A DNA stretch of 64,000 bases. It comes from Synechococcus sp. (GTDB lineage Bacteria > Cyanobacteriota > Cyanobacteriia > PCC-6307 > Cyanobiaceae). Below the pieces are notes generated by a model. It saw only the letters and a program-made list of their open reading frames with translations, did no database searches and had not been told where the DNA came from. The position numbers were made by a program, and so were the translations under genes. Shown here one piece after another: positions 9,752 to 19,749 of this stretch (the first letter of the stretch is position 1; each line of letters begins with the position of its first letter). Location: NCBI GenBank assembly GCA_047285535.1, contig JBJBDC010000001.1:160136-224135 (forward strand), written 5' to 3'.

Positions 9752-10840
9752 GTGAGTTGGACTGACATCACGAGTGCCAACCAATGTCGAGGGAAACTGG
9801 GGATTGCGCCATTTCAACAGCGTTTCCCTTGGTGGGGAGGCGATCTTCAGACCTTGAGGGACACGATCTGTCCGGTAGATCTACCTGTCGATAACGGTCA
9901 ACCCTTCGAAATCGAGGTGCCTGCTCTGCGCAGCGGTGCAGCCGATAAGGGCGCCTTGCTGGCTTATCTGGATTGCCCACCAGCGCCGAAGGCACTGGTG
10001 GTTTTGTTACATGGCCTGGGAGGATCCAGTCAACGTGCAGGCTTGCGCAGGTTGGGAGTTGCCCTGATTCAGGCGGGTTATGCCGTTCTCCGCCTCAACA
10101 TGCGCGGAGCTGATCCTGGACGACATTTGGCTGGTGGCACCTATGCCGCCCAATGCAACAGTGATCTGCTGCCTGTGTTGCATCGTGCACGAGAGCTTGG
10201 CAACAGCCTCGGAGCCGATGGGACTCCTCTGCCTCTGTTTGGCGCTGGCCTTTCCCTCGGCGGAACCATGCTGCTGAATGCGTGCCTTTCAACCCCAGCT
10301 GAGCGCATCGCCGCCGGCTTCGACCCAGCACACCAGCCCCTGGATGGATTGTTCTGTGCCAGCAGTCCCTTGGATCTGGCTGCCTGCAGTGCATCGATTG
10401 AACGTCCACGCAATCGTGTGTACCAACGCTGGTTGCTGCAGCGCCTCGTGCGTCAGACGCTCGCCGATCCCTTTGGAGTGAGTGATCTGGATCTTGGACA
10501 ACTGAGTGGTGCTGAGCGACCACGCACCATTCGTGACTTCGATAGCACCGTCACCGCTCCGCGATGGGGATTTGCGGACGTGGATGCTTACTACCGGGAG
10601 GCTTCACCGCTCCAGCATTTGATCCAATCACCCCAGAATTTGCCTCCCACTCTGTTGCTACAGGCTCTGGATGATCCATGGGTGCCCGCTCGGGCGGCCT
10701 TAGACCTGAGGGAGGCTGTCTCTACGGATCAGCCCATTCAATTGATCTTCACCCGCGAAGGCGGTCACAATGGATTTCACGGACGGGCCGGCTGTTGGGC
10801 CGATGCGCTTGCTGCATCTTGGTTGCAAACGCTCAAGTGA
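9752..10840 (+). CDS. YheT-family alpha/beta hydrolase
   Basis: HGLGGS, GLSLGG nucleophile elbow, ALDDPWV, GGHNGF. Confidence 0.88.
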   Translation: MSWTDITSANQCRGKLGIAPFQQRFPWWGGDLQTLRDTICPVDLPVDNGQPFEIEVPALRSGAADKGALLAYLDCPPAPKALVVLLHGLGGSSQRAGLRRLGVALIQAGYAVLRLNMRGADPGRHLAGGTYAAQCNSDLLPVLHRARELGNSLGADGTPLPLFGAGLSLGGTMLLNACLSTPAERIAAGFDPAHQPLDGLFCASSPLDLAACSASIERPRNRVYQRWLLQRLVRQTLADPFGVSDLDLGQLSGAERPRTIRDFDSTVTAPRWGFADVDAYYREASPLQHLIQSPQNLPPTLLLQALDDPWVPARAALDLREAVSTDQPIQLIFTREGGHNGFHGRAGCWADALAASWLQTLK

Positions 10841-11168
10841 ATGGGCTGGTTTTCAGGACCCACTCTTCGATCGGTTGTCCTTGGATGATGTGTCTCTGAA
10901 GAATGCTGCTGATGCGTTCTGGCGTGACACCTCTGTACCAGGTGCCATCGGGCCAGACCAACAAGATTGGGCCTTGCTCACAGATGCGTAAGCAATCGAC
11001 TTTGCTGCGCAGAACGATTCCTGCGGCCCTGCTGGGATTCTCAAGGTCCAATTCACGCATCTGCCGCTTGAGAGCATCCCAGCTGGCGGCACCGATCTCT
11101 GGATCACAGCACTTGGCTTTCGTGGCTGTAGCGCAGAGCAAAAGGTGATGGCTAATCCGCTGGCTCAT
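10833..11168 (-). CDS. Thioredoxin-like (2Fe-2S) ferredoxin
   Basis: LLLCAT...CC...[23 protein letters not shown] overlaps the dxr stop. Confidence 0.88.
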   Translation of the reverse strand: MSQRISHHLLLCATATKAKCCDPEIGAASWDALKRQMRELDLENPSRAAGIVLRSKVDCLRICEQGPILLVWPDGTWYRGVTPERISSILQRHIIQGQPIEEWVLKTSPFT

Positions 11169-12427
11169 GCAGCCATCGATGCCCTGCTCAAGCGCGTCGT
11201 GCCTCGTTTCACGTGCTCGCGCACAGCCTGGCGTGCCCACTGATCAACCGCCAACACATCATCAAGACTGGGGTTGGCGGCAAGATCAGGTTTGTGTTGT
11301 TCACAGGCTGCCTCAATCATCTTGGGAATGTCGAGAAAGTGAATCTTTTCCTCGAGGAATTGGGCCACGGCCTCTTCATTGGCCGCGTTGAGCACAGCAG
11401 GCATGGTGCCGCCGGCACGCCCTGCGGCGTAGGCCAGATCCATGCAGGGATATTTGGCTGGATCTGGTGCGCGGAAACTCAATTGCCCCACTTCGGTGAG
11501 ATCGAGCCTTCGCCACGGGGTCTCCAGCCTTGAAGGCCAACTCATGCAATACAGGATCGGCAGTTTCATATCGGGCCAGCCGAGCTGGGCTAACACCGAT
11601 GAATCGGCAAGCTCGATCATTGAGTGGATGATGCTTTGTGGATGAATCACGATTTCGATGTGGTCGTAATCCAGTCCAAAAAGATAGTGAGCTTCAATCA
11701 CTTCTAATCCTTTATTCATCAATGAGGCTGAATCCACGGTGATTTTTTTGCCCATACTCCAGTTGGGATGCGAGGTGGCATCGGCCACCGTTGCTTTTTC
11801 CAGTTCTGATGCAGTCCAGTCGCGAAAGGCTCCACCAGAGGCGGTGAGTTGAATTCGGCGCAGACCCGGTGTTGGCACCCCAGTGGAGAGACGGGCGGTG
11901 TCGCTCCAAGGTGTTCCCTGTAAGCACTGGAAAATTGCTGAGTGTTCTGAATCCGCAGGAAGGAGTTGACTCCCACTTCTCTTCAGTTCAGGCAGCACAA
12001 CTGGACCAGCAGCAATCAACGTTTCTTTGTTGGCGAGGGCCAGGTCTTTGCCGGCTCGAATCGCCGCAAGGGTGGGGAGTAAACCTGCGCAGCCCACAAT
12101 TCCAGTTACCACGAGATCGGCGGAAGCCCAGGAGGCCACGACATCGAGTCCTTTGGGGCCACCAACCAATTGGGGTAATGGATCTGGGCGTTTTTCCGCA
12201 GGCAGAGCCATCAGCCTGCTTTTGAGCTCAGCCAGCAGTCCCTCATCGGCTAGTGCCACGACATCAGGACGATGCGTTTCGATTTGGGTGACGAGAAGGC
12301 TCAGATTGCGCCCAGCGCTGAGTCCTACCACCCGAAACTGGTCAGGGAAATCCTTGACGATCTCAAGCGTTTGGGTGCCGATCGAGCCTGTGGAGCCCAG
12401 AACGCTGATGGCTTTCACAGGGGGCAC
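11165..12427 (-). CDS. dxr: 1-deoxy-D-xylulose-5-phosphate reductoisomerase
   Basis: [36 protein letters not shown]. Confidence 0.98.
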   Translation of the reverse strand: MPPVKAISVLGSTGSIGTQTLEIVKDFPDQFRVVGLSAGRNLSLLVTQIETHRPDVVALADEGLLAELKSRLMALPAEKRPDPLPQLVGGPKGLDVVASWASADLVVTGIVGCAGLLPTLAAIRAGKDLALANKETLIAAGPVVLPELKRSGSQLLPADSEHSAIFQCLQGTPWSDTARLSTGVPTPGLRRIQLTASGGAFRDWTASELEKATVADATSHPNWSMGKKITVDSASLMNKGLEVIEAHYLFGLDYDHIEIVIHPQSIIHSMIELADSSVLAQLGWPDMKLPILYCMSWPSRLETPWRRLDLTEVGQLSFRAPDPAKYPCMDLAYAAGRAGGTMPAVLNAANEEAVAQFLEEKIHFLDIPKMIEAACEQHKPDLAANPSLDDVLAVDQWARQAVREHVKRGTTRLSRASMAA

Positions 12428-12502
12428 TGCAATTGCTCACAGTTTCCCATCCCAGAGCATGGGACTGGCAAACTTCGAATGATTGCAGTTGGCTTCGGGT
12501 TT

Positions 12503-13840
12503 ATGGCACTGAAGGAGCACTGGCGTTCAGGACTTGGATTTGTGCTCGCCGCAGCTGGGAGTGCAGTGGGTTTGGGTAACCTCTGGGGCTTTGCTTATCG
12601 CGCGTCACAGGGAGGTGGTGGTGCCTTTCTACTGCTCTATGTGCTGATTGTTTTGGTGGTCTGTCTGCCAGTTTTAGTGGCTGAGATGGTGCTCGGTCGC
12701 AGTACGGCCCAAAGCCCTTTGCTGGCTCCTGGTGCGGCGGCTGGAGAGGCCTGGCGGCCGGTGGGATGGCTGTTTTTGATCGCCTCCTGTGGAATTCTGG
12801 CGTTCTATGCGGTGCTGATGGGGTGGACGGCTCACACCCTCGTTCATGCCCTATGGGTGGGGCTGCCAGACGATATGGAGACAGCTGAATCGCTGTTTGC
12901 ATCGGTGAGCAGGGGGAATAGCGCCCTACTTGGCCAGGGGGGCAGTCTCGCCTTAACCGCTGCGGTAGTGGCCGCTGGTGTGCAGGGAGGAATCGAGCGG
13001 TTGTCGCGTTGGGCCTTACCCCTTTTGTTTGTGTTGTTGGTTGGCTTGGCTCTCTGGGCCGCCACCTTGTCTGGAGCTTTGGGCGGGTACCAAACGTTTC
13101 TTTTGCGTTGGGATCCAGCTCAGCTGCTCAACCTCACCACCATTCGTAATGCCTTTACCCAGGCCTTTTTCTCTATTGGCACAGGTATCGGTTGCATCCT
13201 TGCCTATTCGGCCTATTTAAAAAGAAGTGCGCGTTTGCCGAGGGAAGCGATCGCGGTGGTCGGTTTGGACACGGCCGTAGGCCTCTTGGCTGGACTGATC
13301 ACATTCCCCGTGGTGATCAGCTTTGGTCTGCAGGAAACGGTGAGCGAGTCCACCGTTGGGGCCTTGTTTCTGGCAATCCCCACTGGACTGGCTTCTCTTG
13401 GTGGTGCGGGTCGTTTGGTTGCGATTCTCTTTTTTTCTCTGGCCTATCTAGCGGCGATTACCTCGTCCGTCTCCTTGTTAGAAGTACCCGTGGCATCGCT
13501 GATGGACCGGTTGGGTTGGTCTCGCCGGCGATCGGCTTGGTTGATGGCATTGCTGATTTTTATCGCAGGACTTCCTGCTGCGATGTCGATTCCTGTGTTG
13601 GAAGTAATGGACTCAATTTTTGGAGGTGTGTTGCTGATTTTGGGAGGACTATTGATCGCACTGCTTGTGGGCTGGGCTGCTCCGAAACGGTTTCGAGAAG
13701 ATCTTCAGACGTCCAAGACCTCAGAGGGATTCATCCATTTGTTGTTGTTTTTCTTGCGTTGGGTGTCTCCTGTTGTGATCACCTGGGGGCTGTTAATCAG
13801 TGTTGTCGATTTATGGCGTCAATGGTTTCCCGCGTTTTGA
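12503..13840 (+). CDS. Sodium-dependent transporter (NSS/SNF family)
   Basis: W.S.LGFVLAAAGSAVGLGNLW, QAFFSIGTG; many TM segments. Confidence 0.93.
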   Translation: MALKEHWRSGLGFVLAAAGSAVGLGNLWGFAYRASQGGGGAFLLLYVLIVLVVCLPVLVAEMVLGRSTAQSPLLAPGAAAGEAWRPVGWLFLIASCGILAFYAVLMGWTAHTLVHALWVGLPDDMETAESLFASVSRGNSALLGQGGSLALTAAVVAAGVQGGIERLSRWALPLLFVLLVGLALWAATLSGALGGYQTFLLRWDPAQLLNLTTIRNAFTQAFFSIGTGIGCILAYSAYLKRSARLPREAIAVVGLDTAVGLLAGLITFPVVISFGLQETVSESTVGALFLAIPTGLASLGGAGRLVAILFFSLAYLAAITSSVSLLEVPVASLMDRLGWSRRRSAWLMALLIFIAGLPAAMSIPVLEVMDSIFGGVLLILGGLLIALLVGWAAPKRFREDLQTSKTSEGFIHLLLFFLRWVSPVVITWGLLISVVDLWRQWFPAF

Positions 13841-13865
13841 GTGCTCAAAACATGGTGCTGGTTTG

Positions 13866-14285
13866 TTAAAACTTTCTCCGAACAAACTCACTTGCCAAGC
13901 GAACCTCCAGGAGGAACGAGATCGAGGCCAACATCAACATTCCCATTGTGGTGATAAATAGAGGTGCAACGATTGCTGTCAGGTTGACTTGCGTGATAAC
14001 ACTCATAAACATTGCTGAAACCACAATAGAAAGAAGGAGGGTGGCGCAGGTGAGGAGCCAGATCGCCCGAAGAATGTGTTGCATGCGCCGCTTGCAATGC
14101 CTGCGTTCAAATTCATCTTTTTGGGCATCCGAGTCGCTAAGTCGACGGGAGTGATCAGCAACTCGGGCGAGCCTGGCGGAAAGAACATTGAGCAGGGCCC
14201 CGATCCCGGCGAGTAAAAACACTGGTGAGACCGAGAGCTGAATCGCCTTGGAGAGGCTTTCAGGATGCAAGGTTGAAAATTCCAA
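13866..14285 (-). CDS. DUF2721-like membrane protein
   Basis: AIQLSVSPVFLLAGIGALLNVLSARLARVAD...FLLEVRLA. Confidence 0.82.
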   Translation of the reverse strand: MEFSTLHPESLSKAIQLSVSPVFLLAGIGALLNVLSARLARVADHSRRLSDSDAQKDEFERRHCKRRMQHILRAIWLLTCATLLLSIVVSAMFMSVITQVNLTAIVAPLFITTMGMLMLASISFLLEVRLASEFVRRKF

Positions 14286-14351
14286 GAGCTGGTGAGTCCG
14301 TCAAATGGTGTCTGCAATCCGGTAGACAGGAGCCTCTCTGGATCCCGTTCG

Positions 14352-14591
14352 ATGTTGTGGCTCAAACGTTGGAACTTTATTGAGAGGGCTCGGTTAGAGC
14401 GGGAGCTTTGGGATGCCTTTGAGGCCAAGAAGGATATTGAAGCCATGGTGAATGCGCTGAAGTCCCGTATCCAAGCTGAGGATCCCAGTGCCCCTGATTT
14501 TGGAGATCAAACCTTCCGTCTTGAGGTCTGGATCACCACGATGGAACGGATTCGCAAGATTGAAGCAATGATGGCTGGCCAACAGGATTAG
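14352..14591 (+). CDS. Conserved hypothetical protein
   Basis: [24 protein letters not shown]...[17 protein letters not shown]. Confidence 0.7.
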   Translation: MLWLKRWNFIERARLERELWDAFEAKKDIEAMVNALKSRIQAEDPSAPDFGDQTFRLEVWITTMERIRKIEAMMAGQQD

Positions 14592-16084
14592 ACCCTTCTC
14601 CAATCAGTCAGTCCACCGGGTTTGTCGATCAGCTCGATGCCTTGGGCGCTAAGGGTCTTGCGGATGCGATCAGCTTCCGGATAATTCTTAGCTTGTTTGG
14701 CTTCTTTGCGGTCAGCGATGGCTTTTTCAATCGTCACCGCGTCTACAACATCTTGTCCCGCCGGTTCGGGAGTGGTGCACTCACTGCGTAAACCAAGAAC
14801 AGCAGCCAGTTCACGCAGGAGCGTCCAGCGCTCTTCGAGCTGGGCTTTCTCATTGGCTGGAAGTTCAGGTTGATCGCCCCGGTCCAGTCGGTTGGCTAAT
14901 CCTCTCAAGGGTCGAGCGAGATCAAACAGCACCGCTAAGGCACCCGAGGTATTCAGGTCATCGTCCATGCTGGCGATGAAGCGTTGATGGAATGACTCCA
15001 TGGCTCCCTTGGCGGGGGGGGCAGGTTTCATCGCTTCAATGTCGAGTGGCGTGACCACCCTCCAGCCCAAGATGGCTGAATGCTTGTCCCCAAGATTAAG
15101 GGCTGCATTGAGTCCGTTCCATCCTGTGGTTGCTGACTCAAGTGCTTCTGGAGTGAAGTCGAGCGGCTTGCGGTAATGGGCCTGGAGAACAAAGAGGCGC
15201 AGGGCCATGGCTGACAGGCCAGTCTCTAAAAGAGCGCGGATTGTGGTGAAGTTGCCCAGCGATTTCGACATCTTGGTACCGCCGACATTGACCATGCCGT
15301 TATGCATCCACAGCCGTGCCAGTGGTGCGCCATTCGCGGTTTCGGATTGAGCGATCTCATTTTCATGGTGTGGGAAGACCAGGTCGCCGCCACCGAGATG
15401 AATGTCGATTGTCAGGCCAAGTTCCTGGCGAACCATCGCTGAACATTCGATATGCCAACCAGGACGTCCTGGTCCCCAGGGGGAGTTCCAGCTCGGTTCA
15501 CCGGCTTTACTCCCTTTCCAGAGGGCAAAGTCAAATGGATGTCGTTTGCGACTCTCCTCCCCATCAGCGGTGCGACCACTTGCCCCCTGCTGCTGCTCGT
15601 TGAGATCTCGGCCACTGAGTTTGCCGTAATCCTTTGCTTTGGAAACATCGAAGTAGACATCACCATCGGAGCTGTAGGCCGCTCCTTTGGCCTCAAGTTC
15701 ACCAATCAGCATTTGAATGCCGTCAATGCAGCAGGTGGCTCGAGGCATGCGATCTGCCGGCAGGATATTCAGCAGCCCCATATCGATTTCAAAGGCTTTG
15801 ATGTTGCGCTCGCTGACCTCCTGCATGGAACTGCCTTCTTCTGCAGCACGATTGAGGATCTTGTCGTCGATATCGGTGTAATTCTGGATGTAGGTGACGT
15901 CGTATCCGCGCCAAATCAAGTAGCGGCGTAGAACGTCCCAATTGATGTAACTGCGCGCGTGACCCAGGTGACAAAGGTCATAAACCGTGACACCGCAGCA
16001 GTAAATCGTCGCTTTTCCTGGCTCTAAAGGCTCAAATGTTTCCATGCGACTGGTGAGGCTGTTGGTGAAGCGCAGGGAAGACAT
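14588..16084 (-). CDS. cysS: Cysteine--tRNA ligase
   Basis: [28 protein letters not shown]. Confidence 0.98.
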   Translation of the reverse strand: MSSLRFTNSLTSRMETFEPLEPGKATIYCCGVTVYDLCHLGHARSYINWDVLRRYLIWRGYDVTYIQNYTDIDDKILNRAAEEGSSMQEVSERNIKAFEIDMGLLNILPADRMPRATCCIDGIQMLIGELEAKGAAYSSDGDVYFDVSKAKDYGKLSGRDLNEQQQGASGRTADGEESRKRHPFDFALWKGSKAGEPSWNSPWGPGRPGWHIECSAMVRQELGLTIDIHLGGGDLVFPHHENEIAQSETANGAPLARLWMHNGMVNVGGTKMSKSLGNFTTIRALLETGLSAMALRLFVLQAHYRKPLDFTPEALESATTGWNGLNAALNLGDKHSAILGWRVVTPLDIEAMKPAPPAKGAMESFHQRFIASMDDDLNTSGALAVLFDLARPLRGLANRLDRGDQPELPANEKAQLEERWTLLRELAAVLGLRSECTTPEPAGQDVVDAVTIEKAIADRKEAKQAKNYPEADRIRKTLSAQGIELIDKPGGLTDWRRV

Positions 16085-16198
16085 CAGGTTGAGGACTAGG
16101 TGCAGATCACGGTTGATGCCTGCCTGCGCAGATCAAAAACCTTTGATCAATGTTAGATCCGTGCTGGTGATGCCCATTAGTCTCGCCGGTGGATGAGA

Positions 16199-16819
16199 TC
16201 ATTGCTCACAGAGAGCTGAACTCAGATCACTGAACCTCAAGAGCGATGCATTGAAGTGGATACATCGCTGGAGTGAGACTTTCTGGGTAGCGATGGGGTA
16301 AAAAGCCAAGGCAACTGCGCCAAGTAGATAGCCGACTCTGAGGCTTGAAAAAAGAGCGTTGGAAGAGAACCTGGCTGATCTCAAATTTGGCAATCAGCAA
16401 GAGCTGGTAGTACACAACAACAGTTGTTTTTACTGCTCCAAAAAAGAGAGAACGGATGGCTAAAAATTTTAAAGGCTTGCTCTATTGGGTTGAAGATGGA
16501 TTGATTGGGTTGCTAGAAAGATCCAGAAAAGAAGTCTTGGGTGTTTGTATTTACAGTCGACTTAAAGGAAAAAAGTGATGATTGGCTATCTCTGTGCAAG
16601 GGAAGAAGAGTGCTCCAGTAACAAACCAAGCACCAACTATTGATGCGTTACTGACCAATGTTGAAGCGATACCAGCTGCAATCCCGGATCATGAGATGGT
16701 CCAATCCACGAAGAACGATGGTGATGGACAGGTGGTTGACGTGTGACGAAGCCAAGCATGGCAACGATGAGCTGGGCAGTGAGTCGTTGAGAGGTAATAG
16801 TCTTGCTGCCAAGAGACAA
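16199..16819 (-). pseudogene. Possible decayed membrane-protein gene
   Basis: Hydrophobic fragments in different frames (LTAQLIVAMLGFVT; GIAAGIASTLVSNASIVGAWFVTGALFF; LRVGYLLGAVALAFYP) separated by stops or frameshifts. Confidence 0.35.
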
Positions 16820-16982
16820 TAAACATTGAATGATTAAATTGATTCAATGACAACTTGCTATTATGTAAATCCGTGGTAGATTAATTTTAAGTTGCCGTTT
16901 CCCTGCGATTAGCACTCACAAGTTAAGTCTTCTGGCGGTAATTACCACCTCTTTTATCAATGTTGGTGGATTTTGTGAGCCT

Positions 16983-18386
16983 TTGCCCGTTAATCAATCT
17001 CCTCTACCAGAACGACTCAAAGAAGCACGAGAGCTTCTTGAGTCCTCTGAGCGTACAGATCTGGACGGGGCCATTCATTCTGCTCTTCTACGTAATCCAA
17101 GGTTGTTTGCTGCATCCTCCAGAATAGAAGCGCGTCGCTCTCAGCTTGCTTCGACTCAGAGACGATGGTCTCCCAAAGCTGTGTTTAACACTTCAGGCGA
17201 TCAACCCTTGCTCGGCCAGTATTTTGAAACTGAAATAAGGAAAAACACAAAAGATGTATTGAAGTCTTCCTACACATTTGATAACTACAGTATTAGTTCC
17301 CTCAATTTGCAAGTTACCTGGAACTTCTGGGAGCCAAGTCGTCAGCCAGCAATCAACACTGCATCATTGAAGCTTGATTCTGAGAAGCTGATATTTGATG
17401 TAATAGCTAGAAGTATTGTCCTGGATGCTCAATTAGCCTTCTATGAGCTACAAGAGAATGCAAAGCTAATAAAAATTTATGAGGAAATCTATCAACGCAA
17501 CCTTCATTTTTTGGAAATTATTGAAGCCCAATATAATAATGGCCTGGTTAGCATTGAAGATGTAAGCCAGCAGAAAACCCTGTTACTAAGTCAGTTAATA
17601 ACGCTTGATGATCTTTACAGAACTCAGCTTCAATTTGCTTCTGACCTAGCCCGTATCATGGGTCTTCCGCCTGGGGCTTCAGTGCTTCCTATTGAATTTT
17701 CAAGCGATCACTTGGCAACTTGGGATCTTGATGTGAATGAATCTATAGAAGATGGCTTGGCTTTACGTGAAGAGATTCGTATTGCTTTGGATAATGCTGA
17801 TGCACAAGAATGGGAAGCAAAGAGATTAGTAAGTTTATATTTACCAGTGTTAGGACTTGTCGCCAACGCCTACAAAAGTTATTCTAGTGGTATTTATGAT
17901 GGTGAAGTTGGTAGCAATAATTATGCAACTCTGGCGGATGACTCTTATTCCGAGGTGTCTATAGGTCTTGGGTTTAATTGGAATTTTTATGATGGTGGTG
18001 TTCTTTCTGCACAGGCTGATTCAAGCCGTCAACTTGCTGCAGCAAATCGATTAGATGCGGAAGAAGAAAGGAATAAGGTTGGCAACCAAATTCGTCGGAG
18101 TTATGCCGCTTACCAAACAGCAAAAATTGCCTTGCCAGATTCCCAAGAAGCGATACGATCTGCAAGATTATCTGTTTTTGCGGCATCAGAACGATATAAA
18201 GCAGGTATTGGCAATATCACGACTGTTGTACAAACAACTCAATTGCTTGGAGAGACATCTACGCAATTTAAAAACCTGAGAGTTGCTTATCGCAATGCTA
18301 TTGCAGAGCTGTATCGGTATTCTGGTCAGTGGCCAGAACCTTACCAAAGCCAAATTTCAAATTTACTTAAAAATAAAATGAATTAA
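16983..18386 (+). CDS. TolC-family outer membrane efflux protein
   Basis: Two OEP repeats (AL.RNPRL; QVTWNFWE; YNNGLVSIEDV; FNWNFYDGG; ERYKAGIGNITTV). The frame stays open upstream to 16869. Confidence 0.9.
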   Translation: MPVNQSPLPERLKEARELLESSERTDLDGAIHSALLRNPRLFAASSRIEARRSQLASTQRRWSPKAVFNTSGDQPLLGQYFETEIRKNTKDVLKSSYTFDNYSISSLNLQVTWNFWEPSRQPAINTASLKLDSEKLIFDVIARSIVLDAQLAFYELQENAKLIKIYEEIYQRNLHFLEIIEAQYNNGLVSIEDVSQQKTLLLSQLITLDDLYRTQLQFASDLARIMGLPPGASVLPIEFSSDHLATWDLDVNESIEDGLALREEIRIALDNADAQEWEAKRLVSLYLPVLGLVANAYKSYSSGIYDGEVGSNNYATLADDSYSEVSIGLGFNWNFYDGGVLSAQADSSRQLAAANRLDAEEERNKVGNQIRRSYAAYQTAKIALPDSQEAIRSARLSVFAASERYKAGIGNITTVVQTTQLLGETSTQFKNLRVAYRNAIAELYRYSGQWPEPYQSQISNLLKNKMN

Positions 18387-18389
18387 TTT

Positions 18390-19745
18390 ATGAAAACCAC
18401 CACTAACAAGACAAATAAATCAGTGCAGTTGATCTCCTCACCACTGAGAGCTTCCATAGCAATTACGCTCATTATCAGTGTCGGAGGACTACTTTGGGCA
18501 TGCTTTGCAAAAATTCCATTTTATGTTAATGGATACGCGTTATTATTGCGCAGTGGAAGTAGCCATCGTCTGCACAGTCATGCAGAAGGAGAGCTAAATC
18601 ATAATTTTAATGAACTGGGTGTTCAGCCTTCGAATCTTGATAGAGCTTTATATGAGATTACTCATCTTGGAAAAGTAGTGGATTCTAATGTTAGTGCTTC
18701 GCTTGCAGAGCAAGTCATAGAAATGACATCTAAGCGAGAACGAGATCGAGCTGGTAGATATCCTAAGAGTCATTTGTCCAAGGGATCGCTGTTAAGTTGG
18801 ATAGATTCACCAGCTGAAAGAGCTATATTAAGGGATAGTCTTGGCTATTTCAGATTAACTGAAAAGGCAAGGTTATCGACGGCTAAAGAGCTTGAAGCAA
18901 TTGATAAAAGATTGCAGCAAAAAGTCGGATTGCTGAGGAAGGAGTTGACAACTCAGAGAGGTTTTCTTAAAACAATTAAGGAGCTGAATGAGCGTGGTTT
19001 TGCGAGTAAGGTCAAGGTACTAGAAGAACAAAGCAAAGTTGATTCAATTCTCAGTGAGATACTCTCTCATCAAGAAAGGATTGCGGCTAATCAAGCTCAG
19101 CTTTTGCAAGCTGGAATTGAAGCTGAGACTGCCGGTACAGACCTTGTCAAAGATCTTAGAACTTATGCGGGCAATAATTTAATTTTTGCCGAGCATGATT
19201 TCTTTGTAACTGGAGTTTTAGCTCCAAATTTAACGCAGGTGAGGGAAAAGGATCCAGTTCTGCGAGTTTCTCTCCTTTCCCTTGACACACTTCCGGACAT
19301 TATTCCAGGCTTCCTTAGTCAGCAGTCTGCGCAACAGGTCGCTGTAGGAATGAATGTACTCGCTACTCCAATAGGAATGAGCCGTGCTCAATATGGCGGC
19401 ATGCTAGCTAAAGTATTACATGTAGAAAGACTGCCTTCTTCTATCACTCAAATTCGTGAAAGTGTTGGAAGCGAAGGTGTCGCTGATGAACTTACTGCAT
19501 TGATTCCTCAACCGACAAAAGTAGTTATTCAGCTAGAGACTGATGCTTCTACACAAGGTTCTGAAAAAGAAGGAATTAAGTGGTCTTCATCTGGAAAAAT
19601 TCCTTACACCGTCAGACAAGGTGATTTGTTAAGTATTCAAATTACAACTCAAAGAGTTCGGCCAATTAGTTTGTTGATACCTTGGCTGCGAAGCTTCACA
19701 GGTACTACTGCCCCTATGCTCACGCCAAAGAAAAAGGGTGCTTAG
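18390..19745 (+). CDS. HlyD-like membrane fusion protein, NHLP secretion type
   Basis: N-terminal TM ending LLWACFAKIP..V.G, coiled coil, GM...P....RAQYGGM, KWSSSG, C-terminal RPISLLIPWLR. Confidence 0.88.
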   Translation: MKTTTNKTNKSVQLISSPLRASIAITLIISVGGLLWACFAKIPFYVNGYALLLRSGSSHRLHSHAEGELNHNFNELGVQPSNLDRALYEITHLGKVVDSNVSASLAEQVIEMTSKRERDRAGRYPKSHLSKGSLLSWIDSPAERAILRDSLGYFRLTEKARLSTAKELEAIDKRLQQKVGLLRKELTTQRGFLKTIKELNERGFASKVKVLEEQSKVDSILSEILSHQERIAANQAQLLQAGIEAETAGTDLVKDLRTYAGNNLIFAEHDFFVTGVLAPNLTQVREKDPVLRVSLLSLDTLPDIIPGFLSQQSAQQVAVGMNVLATPIGMSRAQYGGMLAKVLHVERLPSSITQIRESVGSEGVADELTALIPQPTKVVIQLETDASTQGSEKEGIKWSSSGKIPYTVRQGDLLSIQITTQRVRPISLLIPWLRSFTGTTAPMLTPKKKGA

Positions 19746-19749
19746 GAGG

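Noticed and set aside
13192..13869. 225-aa alternative-frame ORF inside the NSS transporter
   Set aside because: Fully overlaps a confident gene; no motifs
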